Of a DNA stretch of 64,000 nt, positions 45,524 to 54,004 are shown in pieces. Source of the stretch: an uncultured Anaerolineales bacterium (GTDB taxonomy: Bacteria; Chloroflexota; Anaerolineae; Anaerolineales; UBA11858); contig CAZUSV010000001.1 of NCBI GenBank assembly GCA_964622645.1, positions 5,317 to 69,316 on the forward strand. The letters run 5' to 3'. Both the position numbers and the translations under genes were made by a program. Below the pieces are notes generated by a model. It saw only the letters and a list, made by a program, of their open reading frames with translations. It ran no database searches and was not told the origin of the DNA. Numbering within the stretch: position 1 is the stretch's first letter; each line of letters starts with the position of its first letter.

Positions 45524-46468
45524 ATGAACAAGCCTATTCTCTGCCTCGGAATTATGGTCGCCGACGTCGTCGGTCGTCCGTTGCGTGCTGTTCCCGATCC
45601 TGGACGATTAGTGCTGGTTGATGAGATGGGTTTGCATACGGGCGGCTGTGCGATCAATGCTGCCACAGCATTACGCCGACTTGGGTTGCCCGTAGAAATC
45701 ATTGGTAAGATCGGCTCTGATCCGCTGGGGGATTTCTTACTAAGTGAACTGGCTGATCGCGGCATCGGCGCGGCTGGTGTCAAGCGTGATTCCCAGGTAG
45801 GTACCTCAGGAACCATGGTGATGGTCGAACCCGATGGTGAGCGTCGCTTTGTGCACTATATTGGCGCCAACGCCATGCTGACTCTGGATGACATCGACTT
45901 TTCTGTCGTCAAGGATGCTGCTATCTTGCATGTTGCTGGTTGCCTGGTCTTGCCTGGAATTGACGGCGAACCTACCGCTGAATTGTTGCAGCGCGCCAGG
46001 GATGCTGGTGTGATCACATTTTTAGATGTTGTCTGGGATGACACTGGACGCTGGATGGAACTTGTGGGGCCGAGTTTGCCATATCTTGATTATTTCGTGC
46101 CTAGTTTGCCTGAAGCGCAAGCCATCACAGGCCGGGATGACCCTGTCGAAGCTGCCCAGGCGTTACTGGATCACGGCGTGGGTACGGTTGGTCTTAAGAT
46201 GGATTCGGAAGGCTGTTTGGTGATGACCAGTGATGGTGCAGTCCTCCGCCAACCCGCTTATGAAGTTGATGTTATCGATGCCACTGGTGCGGGAGATGCC
46301 TTTGCCGCAGGCTTTGTAGCTGGCGTGTATCACGGTTGGTCTATGGAGAAAATCGCGCCTTTTGCCAACGCCGTCGGAGCGCTGTGCGTCACTGGCCTCG
46401 GTGCCACCGGGGGTGTGCGCTCTTTGGATGAGACATTGGAATTTATGCAAAGCACACCACTAAGATAG
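45524..46468 (+). CDS. PfkB-family carbohydrate kinase (ribokinase fold)
   Basis: GGCAINAATALRRLG (GG switch region) and C-terminal DATGAGDAFAAGF. Confidence 0.85.
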   Translation: MNKPILCLGIMVADVVGRPLRAVPDPGRLVLVDEMGLHTGGCAINAATALRRLGLPVEIIGKIGSDPLGDFLLSELADRGIGAAGVKRDSQVGTSGTMVMVEPDGERRFVHYIGANAMLTLDDIDFSVVKDAAILHVAGCLVLPGIDGEPTAELLQRARDAGVITFLDVVWDDTGRWMELVGPSLPYLDYFVPSLPEAQAITGRDDPVEAAQALLDHGVGTVGLKMDSEGCLVMTSDGAVLRQPAYEVDVIDATGAGDAFAAGFVAGVYHGWSMEKIAPFANAVGALCVTGLGATGGVRSLDETLEFMQSTPLR

Positions 46469-46552
46469 GATTAGATCCACTAAGGGCCACGAAGAGATAG
46501 TCTGAATATTCGTGCCCTTCGTGTTCTTCGTGGATCAAAACAGGAGAGTGAG

Positions 46553-47584
46553 ATGGAAAAATTCGGATACCGCTTTTCGTTTGGCCCCTGGAATATTCAC
46601 GAGGGAGCAGATCCCTTTGGGCCGACGGTGCGTCCATCTGTGCCTTTCGATGAAAAGCTGAAAACGCTCAAAGATTTGGGCTTCGATGCCATGCAGTTCC
46701 ATGATGATGATGCTGTGCCTGGTTTGGATGATCTTTCTCCAGCGGAAATCCGTGCCAAGGCCCAGGCCATGAAAACCAAACTCGACGACCATGGCCTGGT
46801 CGCAGAATTCGTCGCCCCGCGTCTTTGGGAGCATCCCCTGACCATCGATGGTGCCTATACGGCCAATGACCCCCAATGCCGACAGTATGCCATCGAGCGT
46901 TCCAAAAAGGCCGCCGATATTGCGCAGGCGTTAGGTTGCGATCTGATGGTGCTGTGGCTGGCCAGGGAAGGAACCTATCTTCGAGAAGCCAAAGATGCTT
47001 CCAAAGCTACACATCAATTGTTGGAAGCCATTGACGCAATCCTGAATTATGACAATAACTTGCGCATCGTTGTTGAACCCAAGCCCAATGAGCCCATGGA
47101 TTTAGCCTACATTCCAACGATTGGCCATGCCCTGGCTTTGGGCTTCCAAGCCAGTGAGCCTGAACGTGTTGGCTGCCTGGTCGAGTCGGCTCATGCAGTG
47201 CTGGCGGGATTGGACCCCTCCGATGAAATGGCCTTCGCCCTGGCGTTTGACAAATTGTGGAGCGTTCACCTGAACGATCAGAACGGCCTGAAGTTTGACC
47301 AGGATCGCTCCTTTGGTTCAGTGGATTTGCGCCGGGCATTCAACCAGGTGCTGGTTCTGGATGATGCCAAATTCTACGAGAAAGGCATGGTTGGGTTGGA
47401 TGTCAAAGCCATCCGCACGCAGTTACCTGAAGTTGCCACCAAGCATTTGAGCAATAGTCTCAAGACCTTCTTACGGTTGGTCGAAGTGGTGCGCTCGCTC
47501 GACCGCTCTAAGATGGATGAATTGATCGCCGCCCGCGATTACGAAGAATTGGATCTGCTGATCTTGAATGCCCTGATGGGCTAA
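46553..47584 (+). CDS. divergent xylose-isomerase-like sugar isomerase (short, 343 aa)
   Basis: RFSFGPWNI, FHDDD, IVVEPKPNEP, VESAHAVLAGL, HLNDQNGLKFDQDRSFG parallel the XylA signatures (FGLWTV, FHDDD, EPKPNEP, E-x-x-H, KYDQDLRFG). It lacks the long C-terminal helical extension. Confidence 0.7.
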   Translation: MEKFGYRFSFGPWNIHEGADPFGPTVRPSVPFDEKLKTLKDLGFDAMQFHDDDAVPGLDDLSPAEIRAKAQAMKTKLDDHGLVAEFVAPRLWEHPLTIDGAYTANDPQCRQYAIERSKKAADIAQALGCDLMVLWLAREGTYLREAKDASKATHQLLEAIDAILNYDNNLRIVVEPKPNEPMDLAYIPTIGHALALGFQASEPERVGCLVESAHAVLAGLDPSDEMAFALAFDKLWSVHLNDQNGLKFDQDRSFGSVDLRRAFNQVLVLDDAKFYEKGMVGLDVKAIRTQLPEVATKHLSNSLKTFLRLVEVVRSLDRSKMDELIAARDYEELDLLILNALMG

Positions 47585-47674
47585 TTAACCTTCTTATAAA
47601 ATAGTACACGGAAGAACACGGACGCCTACGGCGTCCGTGAAATCCGTGTACAAAAAAACAGTAAAGGATACTTT

Positions 47675-49114
47675 ATGGAAAGTGACCTATTTTTAATCGA
47701 GATGATTCGCAGTGAACTGGCCGAGATCGTCGGCCAGGAGAATGTGTCGGTGGCGGAGAGTGACAAGCTGGTCTACTCCACCGATTGGTCCTGGATGCCG
47801 CAAATGTGGCTCGACCGCGGAAAACCTCTCACAAAACCCGATTACATCGTTCATCCTGGCTCTTCAGAAGAAATCTCTGAGATTATGGATATCGCCAACA
47901 AGTACCGTATGCCTGTAGTCCCTTGGGGTGGTGGTTCTGGTACGCAGGGCGGCGCGCTGCCACTGTTTGGCGGAATCCTGCTCGATATGAAGCGCATGAA
48001 CAAGGTCATCGAAATCGATGAAAAATCACTCACTGTAACTGCTGAAGCGGGCATCATCATTTCGCAACTGGAAATGGTTGTCAATGAAGTCGACTTGATG
48101 CTGCCGCATTATGCCGCCTCAAGCAACTGCGCTACCCTGGGTGGTGCATTGGCCCCGCGCGGCACCGGCACCATCAGCACCAAATACGGCAAAGCCGAAG
48201 ATATGGTCTTGAGCATGAAAGTGGTGCTGCCTACCGGTGAGATCATTCAGACGCCGCCGGTGCCCCAACACGCTGCCGGCCCAGATTGGTGGCGCATTTT
48301 CCTCGGGGCTGAAGGCACCTTCGGGGTTATCACCGAAGCTACCATGCAGCTCGATTATCTACCCGAGGAGCGCCTGCTGCGTGCCTTGCTCTTCGATGAT
48401 CTCAGCATCGCCCTGGAAGCCGGGCGCCAGATCATGACCCGCCGCTTGAATCCTTTTGTTATTCGGCTCTATGATCCCGAATCGACCAAATCCCGCGTCA
48501 AGAGCATCTTGGGGTACGAATATGAAGGTGCTTACATGGTGATGGGCTTTGACGGCGATCCAGACATCGCTGCCCTGGAGGAGCAGAAAGCGCTCAAGAT
48601 CTGTACTGACCTGGGTGCGCAGGATTTAGGCCGTGAACCTGGCGAAAAGTGGTGGAACCACCGCTATGATTTCTACTACCCGCCCATCAACTTGAAACTG
48701 CCCTGGATGTACGGCACCACCGAGACCATCACCACCTACGATAAAATCGAGAATCTGTACTGGGCGGTCAAGAACGCCGTCGAAGGCGGCTTCACAGATT
48801 GGGATATCAAGTTTATTGGCCACTTCTCACACTGGTTCCATTGGGGTGTGATGCTCTATTCGCGCTTCATTATCGAAGAGCCGCCCCAGGACGCCCAGGA
48901 AGCCCTGCGTCTGCACAACAAGGTCTGGAATGCGGCCATGCAGGCGGTGATCTCCAATGGCGGTATGATCAACGAGCACCATGGTGTGGGCTTGAAACTC
49001 TCTCGCTATATGCGCGGCCAGTTTGGTGAAGCCTGGCCGCTGCTGCTGAAACTCAAGAAGACCTTCGACCCCAACGGGATCATGAATCCCGGCAAGACGG
49101 GATTTGGATTTTAG
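47675..49114 (+). CDS. FAD-linked oxidase (GlcD / D-lactate dehydrogenase / alkyl-DHAP synthase superfamily)
   Basis: FAD-binding PCMH-type N-domain with PVVPWGGGSGTQGGALP. C-terminal HHGVGLKLSRYM ... FDPNGIMNPGK. Confidence 0.85.
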   Translation: MESDLFLIEMIRSELAEIVGQENVSVAESDKLVYSTDWSWMPQMWLDRGKPLTKPDYIVHPGSSEEISEIMDIANKYRMPVVPWGGGSGTQGGALPLFGGILLDMKRMNKVIEIDEKSLTVTAEAGIIISQLEMVVNEVDLMLPHYAASSNCATLGGALAPRGTGTISTKYGKAEDMVLSMKVVLPTGEIIQTPPVPQHAAGPDWWRIFLGAEGTFGVITEATMQLDYLPEERLLRALLFDDLSIALEAGRQIMTRRLNPFVIRLYDPESTKSRVKSILGYEYEGAYMVMGFDGDPDIAALEEQKALKICTDLGAQDLGREPGEKWWNHRYDFYYPPINLKLPWMYGTTETITTYDKIENLYWAVKNAVEGGFTDWDIKFIGHFSHWFHWGVMLYSRFIIEEPPQDAQEALRLHNKVWNAAMQAVISNGGMINEHHGVGLKLSRYMRGQFGEAWPLLLKLKKTFDPNGIMNPGKTGFGF

Positions 49115-49125
49115 GAGCGCATGTT

Positions 49126-50226
49126 ATGGTCACTCAAGAATTAATCAACACTACTGCCGATAACTGCCGCTACTGCCTGATGTGCCGACACCTGGCATCC
49201 GTCGAGTTGGTCACCCACAAAGAGACCTACTCCCCTCATGGCTGGGGAATCCTGATTGCTTCGGAACGCCGCGGGCTGCTGGAATGGAATGAAGATTCTG
49301 TGCATGCCCTCTATGCCGCAGTGGATAATGGCAACTCTCGCGCCCATTGCGTTACCGACCAGCCCTTCCCGGAGATCATCGCGGCCGTGCGCGCCCAGTT
49401 GGTGGAGAAGAAGCTCGCGCCTGATGTGGTCTACCAGCTCGAAGATGCCTTCAAGAAATTTGAGAACCCCTTCGCAGAGAAATCCCCCCAGGCTTCGGAA
49501 GGCAAAGGTGAAGTGGCTTTGTTTGTGGGGGATGAGGCCCAGTACCTCTGGCCGGATGCACTCGACTCGGCCCTGAAGTTGCTGGCTGCCCTTGATGTTG
49601 ATCCTGTTCTCGTTGGGGTGGGGCGCAATAACGGCTACCTGGCCAGCTCTCTCGGTCTGCTGGAGACCGCCAAGGAACTCGCTCGAGCCACCCTGGAGGA
49701 ACTCAATGCCACGGGTGCCAAGCGCATGTTGGTGCTCTCTCCGGGGGATTACTTCACTTTTAGTCAGCTCTACGAAGAACGCTTAGGCCTTCCCTGGCCT
49801 GAAGATGTAGAACTCCTCGAGCTGACAACCCTTCTGGCTGAGCAACTTGAGCAGGGTGTGCTTAAGTTCAAGAAATCAAATCACGCCTCGGTCTTCGCCT
49901 ACGTTGATCCAACCCTGTCCGTGCGGGTGCCGACACGCCATCAGGCCCCGCGTAGCTTGGCGGCAGCAGTGCAGCCCTCCTCGGGCGTAGAACTGCTTTG
50001 GAGAAAAGAACGCGCCCACCCTGTAGGTAGTACGGCGCTCCAGTTCACCAGGCCAGATATCGCTGAAAAGTTGACCCATGCCCGCTTGCAAGACGCTCAA
50101 CGGGTTGGTGCTCAAACGATGATTACGGAAGATCCCGGAACCTTGCATAAATTGTCTGGGATGGCCGATCAGTATAACCTACGCATCCAGGGACTTTATG
50201 AATTACTGGCTGAACACCTGGCTTAG
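49126..50226 (+). CDS. GlcF/LutA-like partner protein whose CCG cysteine-rich domains have lost all cysteines
   Basis: N-terminal CRYCLMCRHL (CxxCxxC) plus one more Cys (RAHC). No Cys in the remaining 290 or so residues, although segments echo CCG-domain proteins (ALFVGDEAQYLWPD, FAYVDPTLSVR, MITEDPGTLHKL). 12 nt after the flavoprotein gene. Confidence 0.55.
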   Translation: MVTQELINTTADNCRYCLMCRHLASVELVTHKETYSPHGWGILIASERRGLLEWNEDSVHALYAAVDNGNSRAHCVTDQPFPEIIAAVRAQLVEKKLAPDVVYQLEDAFKKFENPFAEKSPQASEGKGEVALFVGDEAQYLWPDALDSALKLLAALDVDPVLVGVGRNNGYLASSLGLLETAKELARATLEELNATGAKRMLVLSPGDYFTFSQLYEERLGLPWPEDVELLELTTLLAEQLEQGVLKFKKSNHASVFAYVDPTLSVRVPTRHQAPRSLAAAVQPSSGVELLWRKERAHPVGSTALQFTRPDIAEKLTHARLQDAQRVGAQTMITEDPGTLHKLSGMADQYNLRIQGLYELLAEHLA

Positions 50227-50305
50227 TCGTAGACGGGCGTTTTTTGCCCAAGGGAACCAATCAACTATCAAACTACCAAACTAACCAACTATAAGGAGGT
50301 ACAAA

Positions 50306-51199
50306 ATGCATCTGTCAATGCACAACTGGATGAGGGCAGAGCCCATTGATGTCACGATTGCTCGCCTGGCTAAATATGGTTATGAGAGCATCGAGATCGG
50401 TGGTGAGCCCGATCGCTACGATACCAAGGAGGTCAAGAAAATTCTCGACGAGCATGGTATCCGTTGTTGGGGTGCGGTTACCCTGATGTTCGAAGGACTG
50501 CACCTGCCATCCCCAGACCCGGCCGTTCGTGAGCACACCGTGCAGTATGTCAAGAACTGCATCACCATGGTCAAGGAGCTCGAAGGTGAGATCATCACCA
50601 TTGTTCCGGGTACAGTTGGCAAAGTCAACGCCGATGCCACCCCCGAAGAGGAATGGGCCAACGCCGTTGAGGGTATGAAGGAGATCGACGCCTGGAGCAA
50701 GAAAGAAGGCGTGCGCATAGCCGTCGAGCCCATCAACCGCTTCGAGACCTACTTTGTCAGCCGGGCCAATCAGGCCATGGCGCTGGCCGAGGCCACCAGC
50801 CCTGAGTGTGGCGTTTGTTTGGATGCCTTCCATATTAATATGGAAGAAGTCGATCCCTTCGAAGCCATCCGCTCGACCAAGGGCCGCCTGGAAGACTTCC
50901 ATGTGGCTGACACCAACCGCTTCGCCTGCGGCTGGGGTCACTGGGATTGGGCTAAAGTGGTTGGAACGCTCAAGGAAATCGGCTACGATGGCGCCCTGAC
51001 CGTCGAGTTCGTCGCACCTGTGGACCGCACTCCAGCCAATCCGTACCCTGATATGGTCGAGACCGATCTGAGCAGGCTGGACATCAGCGAAGAACAGAAG
51101 AAATTCATCATCGATCACGGTTCCAGCTTCCTCACGGAGGAGTTCTACAGTGGCCAGGTAAAGGCCACCGCCGATACCTTGCTGCCGTTGATCCAGTAA
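50306..51199 (+). CDS. xylose-isomerase-fold TIM barrel, sugar phosphate isomerase/epimerase family
   Basis: RIAVEPINRFE and CLDAFHINMEE motifs. RBS AAGGAGG. 297 aa. Confidence 0.75.
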   Translation: MHLSMHNWMRAEPIDVTIARLAKYGYESIEIGGEPDRYDTKEVKKILDEHGIRCWGAVTLMFEGLHLPSPDPAVREHTVQYVKNCITMVKELEGEIITIVPGTVGKVNADATPEEEWANAVEGMKEIDAWSKKEGVRIAVEPINRFETYFVSRANQAMALAEATSPECGVCLDAFHINMEEVDPFEAIRSTKGRLEDFHVADTNRFACGWGHWDWAKVVGTLKEIGYDGALTVEFVAPVDRTPANPYPDMVETDLSRLDISEEQKKFIIDHGSSFLTEEFYSGQVKATADTLLPLIQ

Positions 51200-51302
51200 G
51201 CAGTATTCAGTTATCAGTAGTCAGTGAGTGGTGATCAGTGTGCAATTTTTCGCACTGGTTACTGCTTACTGTTTACTGGTTACTCTCCAAGGGAGTACCG
51301 CT

Positions 51303-52538
51303 ATGGGAAAAACCGTTGTCATCATCGGTACGTTGGATACCAAAGGGCCAGAGATCGCCTATCTGCGCGATCGTCTGCAGGCACTTGGTTTGGAGACGAT
51401 TGTGATCGATTCGGGCATTCTCGGAGAGCCCTTGGGGATCACTCTGGACCCTGCACGCGACTTCGACCACGCCAAAGCTGCGCGTTATGGTGGCACAACC
51501 ATCGCAGCGTTGCAGAATGCCGGTAGCCGCGGCAAAGCTGTCGAGGGAATGCGCGCGGCGGTCAAGAAATTGACCCTGGATTTATATGCCCAGGGCAAGC
51601 TGGACGCTATCACCAGTATGGGTGGAGCCGAAGGGGCGGTGATGGGTGCCGCGGCGATGATGGTCCTCCCAGTGGGTGTGCCCAAGGTATTGGTTTCGCC
51701 GATTGCCTCGGGATTACACTTTTTTGACCCTTTGGTGGGTACCAGCGATATCATGGTGGTGCACTCGATTGTCGATATCCTGGGGTTAAATCCGATTGCC
51801 ACTACTGTCTTCGACAATGTTGCGGCGGCGTTAAAGGGCCTGGCAGAACATGGTCATGAACTGGCACCGCCTGCGCCTGGTGATAAATTTGTCGCTGTTA
51901 CCATGCTGGGTAATACTACCAAGGCAGTGATGGCGCTCAAAGACCGCCTTGCCGACGATGGCTACGAAGCCGTGATCTTCCACTCTAATGGGGTCGGAGG
52001 TCCAGCCATGGAAGAGCTTGCCGAGGCAGGTCAGTTTGTGGGCGTGATTGACTTCACCACAAACGAATCCTACGACCCCATGACCGGCGGCATCCACAAC
52101 GGCGGCCCTGATCGTCTGAAGCGGGTCGGTCTGGCAGGCATACCTCAGGTTGTTGTTCCCGGCTGTATCGACTTTTCGGTATTCCATGCTGGACATATCC
52201 CGCAGGAATTGCAAGGCCGTCCAGTCTATGACCACAATCCTGAATACACCCTGGTGCGTGCCACACATGATGAAATGGTCGCCTTGGGGTATTTGTTTGC
52301 TGAGAGGCTTAATGTTTCTAAAGCCCCGGTGGTTTTAGCAATTCCCACACAAGGATTGTCGATCCCCAACGTCCCCAGCGGCCCCTTCTGGAATCCTGAA
52401 GCCGATGCTGCATTCCTGGAAGCACTGCGAAAAGATATCCGCACGGATTTCCCCATCCATACCTATCAACGCCACGTCAACGATCCGGAATTTGGTGTTG
52501 AAGTTGCGGAGTTGTTTATCGAATTGATGTCTTCATAA
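51303..52538 (+). CDS. UPF0261 / Tm-1-like ATP-binding domain protein, copy 1
   Basis: MGKTVVIIGTLDTKGPEIAYLRDRL. Alignable along its length with 61207-62412. Start moved to ATG 51303 (RBS AAGGGAG). Confidence 0.75.
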   Translation: MGKTVVIIGTLDTKGPEIAYLRDRLQALGLETIVIDSGILGEPLGITLDPARDFDHAKAARYGGTTIAALQNAGSRGKAVEGMRAAVKKLTLDLYAQGKLDAITSMGGAEGAVMGAAAMMVLPVGVPKVLVSPIASGLHFFDPLVGTSDIMVVHSIVDILGLNPIATTVFDNVAAALKGLAEHGHELAPPAPGDKFVAVTMLGNTTKAVMALKDRLADDGYEAVIFHSNGVGGPAMEELAEAGQFVGVIDFTTNESYDPMTGGIHNGGPDRLKRVGLAGIPQVVVPGCIDFSVFHAGHIPQELQGRPVYDHNPEYTLVRATHDEMVALGYLFAERLNVSKAPVVLAIPTQGLSIPNVPSGPFWNPEADAAFLEALRKDIRTDFPIHTYQRHVNDPEFGVEVAELFIELMSS

Positions 52539-52611
52539 TCATTTGGACGCAGATGAAAGTAGATTTACCAGGATAAAAGAAATTTTGGAATGGTCAAAGA
52601 AACCTGAATAT

Positions 52612-52692
52612 CTGTCATTGCGAGCGGATGAAGCAATCTCCACCGCAAAAATGGGAGATTGCTTCATCCGCTACGCTCCCTCGCAATGACAG
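52612..52692. repeat. 81-nt imperfect palindrome (REP-like) between UPF0261 and creatininase-family genes
   Basis: Left arm CTGTCATTGCGAGCGGATGAAGCAATCTCC (52612-52641). Right arm GGAGATTGCTTCATCCGCT[ACGCTCCC]TCGCAATGACAG (52654-52692): 19 bp plus 11 bp perfect with an 8-nt bulge. Confidence 0.8.
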
Positions 52693-52764
52693 GCGAAAAT
52701 GTGTAAACATAATAAGACCGCGTATCTCCGCGTCAAAATCATTGAATAAGAAAGGAGCTTGTCT

Positions 52765-53685
52765 ATGCTCAATCCTGGCCCAAAGTATCGTGACTTACCC
52801 CACTTGGTTGAAGAAAAAGAGTTCCGTGAGAAATTCATCTCTTGGGACCTGGGAGACTTGTCCTTCGTCGATGTGCAAGAATATTTGAAAGTAAAAGATC
52901 TCATCCTGGTACCCATGGCATCGCTGGAGCAGCATGGGCCGCATTTGCCGATCTATACCGATACAGTAACTTGTTGGGAGATCGCTACACGAGTGTCTGA
53001 GATGATCGCTGTGATGCACGCCCCGGCGATCTGGATGGGGTATTCCCCCCAACACATGCACGAACCAGGCATGGGACGCGGCACCATCACTGTACGCAGC
53101 AGCACCTTGCTTAACCTGGTCAACGATGTTGCTCGCAGTCTGATCCACCATGGTTTCAATAAGATCGTCTTCATCAATGGGCATGGCTCCAATGTCAAAG
53201 TTATCGATCCGGTGCTGCGCAAACTGCGCTATGAGACCGGAGCTTTGATCAGCTTTGTAAAGCCCTACATGGAGAACTATGTCGGTATTCTCGAAGGCCT
53301 GATGGAAAATCCCTGGGACGAGACCCCTGGCTGGCACTCCAGCGAGTTGGAGACATCCCAGGACTTGGCCTGGAACGAGAAGCTGGTGCGCATGGATCGC
53401 GCCGACTTCACGCGTGCCCATATCCCTGAGAATCTGCCCGAAACCTTCGATAAGAAAGACGGTATGCCTGATGTGGCCTTCGAGGGCTACAAATACTTCA
53501 CCTTCCCCATGGATCATCATGAATTCATCGAGAGCGGCGTCATCGGCAATCCGCTGCGTGCCACCAAGGAGAAGGGCGAAGAGGCTTTCCGCCGCCTCTC
53601 TGAGCATGTCGCCCGTGGCGTGCTCGAATTGATGAAAGTGCCTGTCGAGGTGCATACCCGAGAGTTCGTAGACCGCGTTCTCTAG
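52765..53685 (+). CDS. creatininase-family amidohydrolase
   Basis: PMASLEQHGPHLPIYTD, VFINGHGSN, GWHSSELETS. RBS AAAGGAG 8 nt before ATG 52765 (the ORF track starts at TTG 52759). Confidence 0.8.
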   Translation: MLNPGPKYRDLPHLVEEKEFREKFISWDLGDLSFVDVQEYLKVKDLILVPMASLEQHGPHLPIYTDTVTCWEIATRVSEMIAVMHAPAIWMGYSPQHMHEPGMGRGTITVRSSTLLNLVNDVARSLIHHGFNKIVFINGHGSNVKVIDPVLRKLRYETGALISFVKPYMENYVGILEGLMENPWDETPGWHSSELETSQDLAWNEKLVRMDRADFTRAHIPENLPETFDKKDGMPDVAFEGYKYFTFPMDHHEFIESGVIGNPLRATKEKGEEAFRRLSEHVARGVLELMKVPVEVHTREFVDRVL

Positions 53686-53690
53686 TTATA

Positions 53691-53810
53691 GGAGTTACGC
53701 ACTTGCCCCCCTGTCCCCCCAACCTTGGGGGGAACCTTTGGAAATCCCCCCCCAGAATTTGGGGGTTGGGGGGGCTTCATAGGTTAAATGTTTTCCAACT
53801 GCGTAACTCC
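53691..53810. repeat. MITE-like 120-bp element with perfect 11-bp terminal inverted repeats and alternating C- and G-homopolymer runs
   Basis: GGAGTTACGCA (53691-53701) / TGCGTAACTCC (53800-53810). Internal runs C6, C6, G6, C8, G5, G7. A second start-like copy GGACTTACGTACTTGGGG lies at 53878, and a 9-bp hairpin GGGGGGTGG/CCACCCCCC at 53835-53872. Confidence 0.6.
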
Positions 53811-54004
53811 AAAGTTTATTGAAATATAGAATATCGGGGGGTGGGAGATCATTCCACCCCCCTTTGTTATAGCAACAGGACTTACGTACTTGGGGTAGCT
53901 GGCCCAACCATGTTGGGCGTAGAAAAGGTGAACCGACACCCAACGCGGTTGGTTTCCTACCCTGGAAATGTGCAAACTGCATAAGTCAATTAGTGAATAT
54001 TCTG

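Noticed and set aside
53727-53774. G-runs (G6, G5, G7) as a canonical G-quadruplex motif.
   Set aside because: Only three G-tracts lie within a compact span, interleaved with C-runs that would compete by duplex or hairpin formation. This is kept only as a side remark in the MITE finding.
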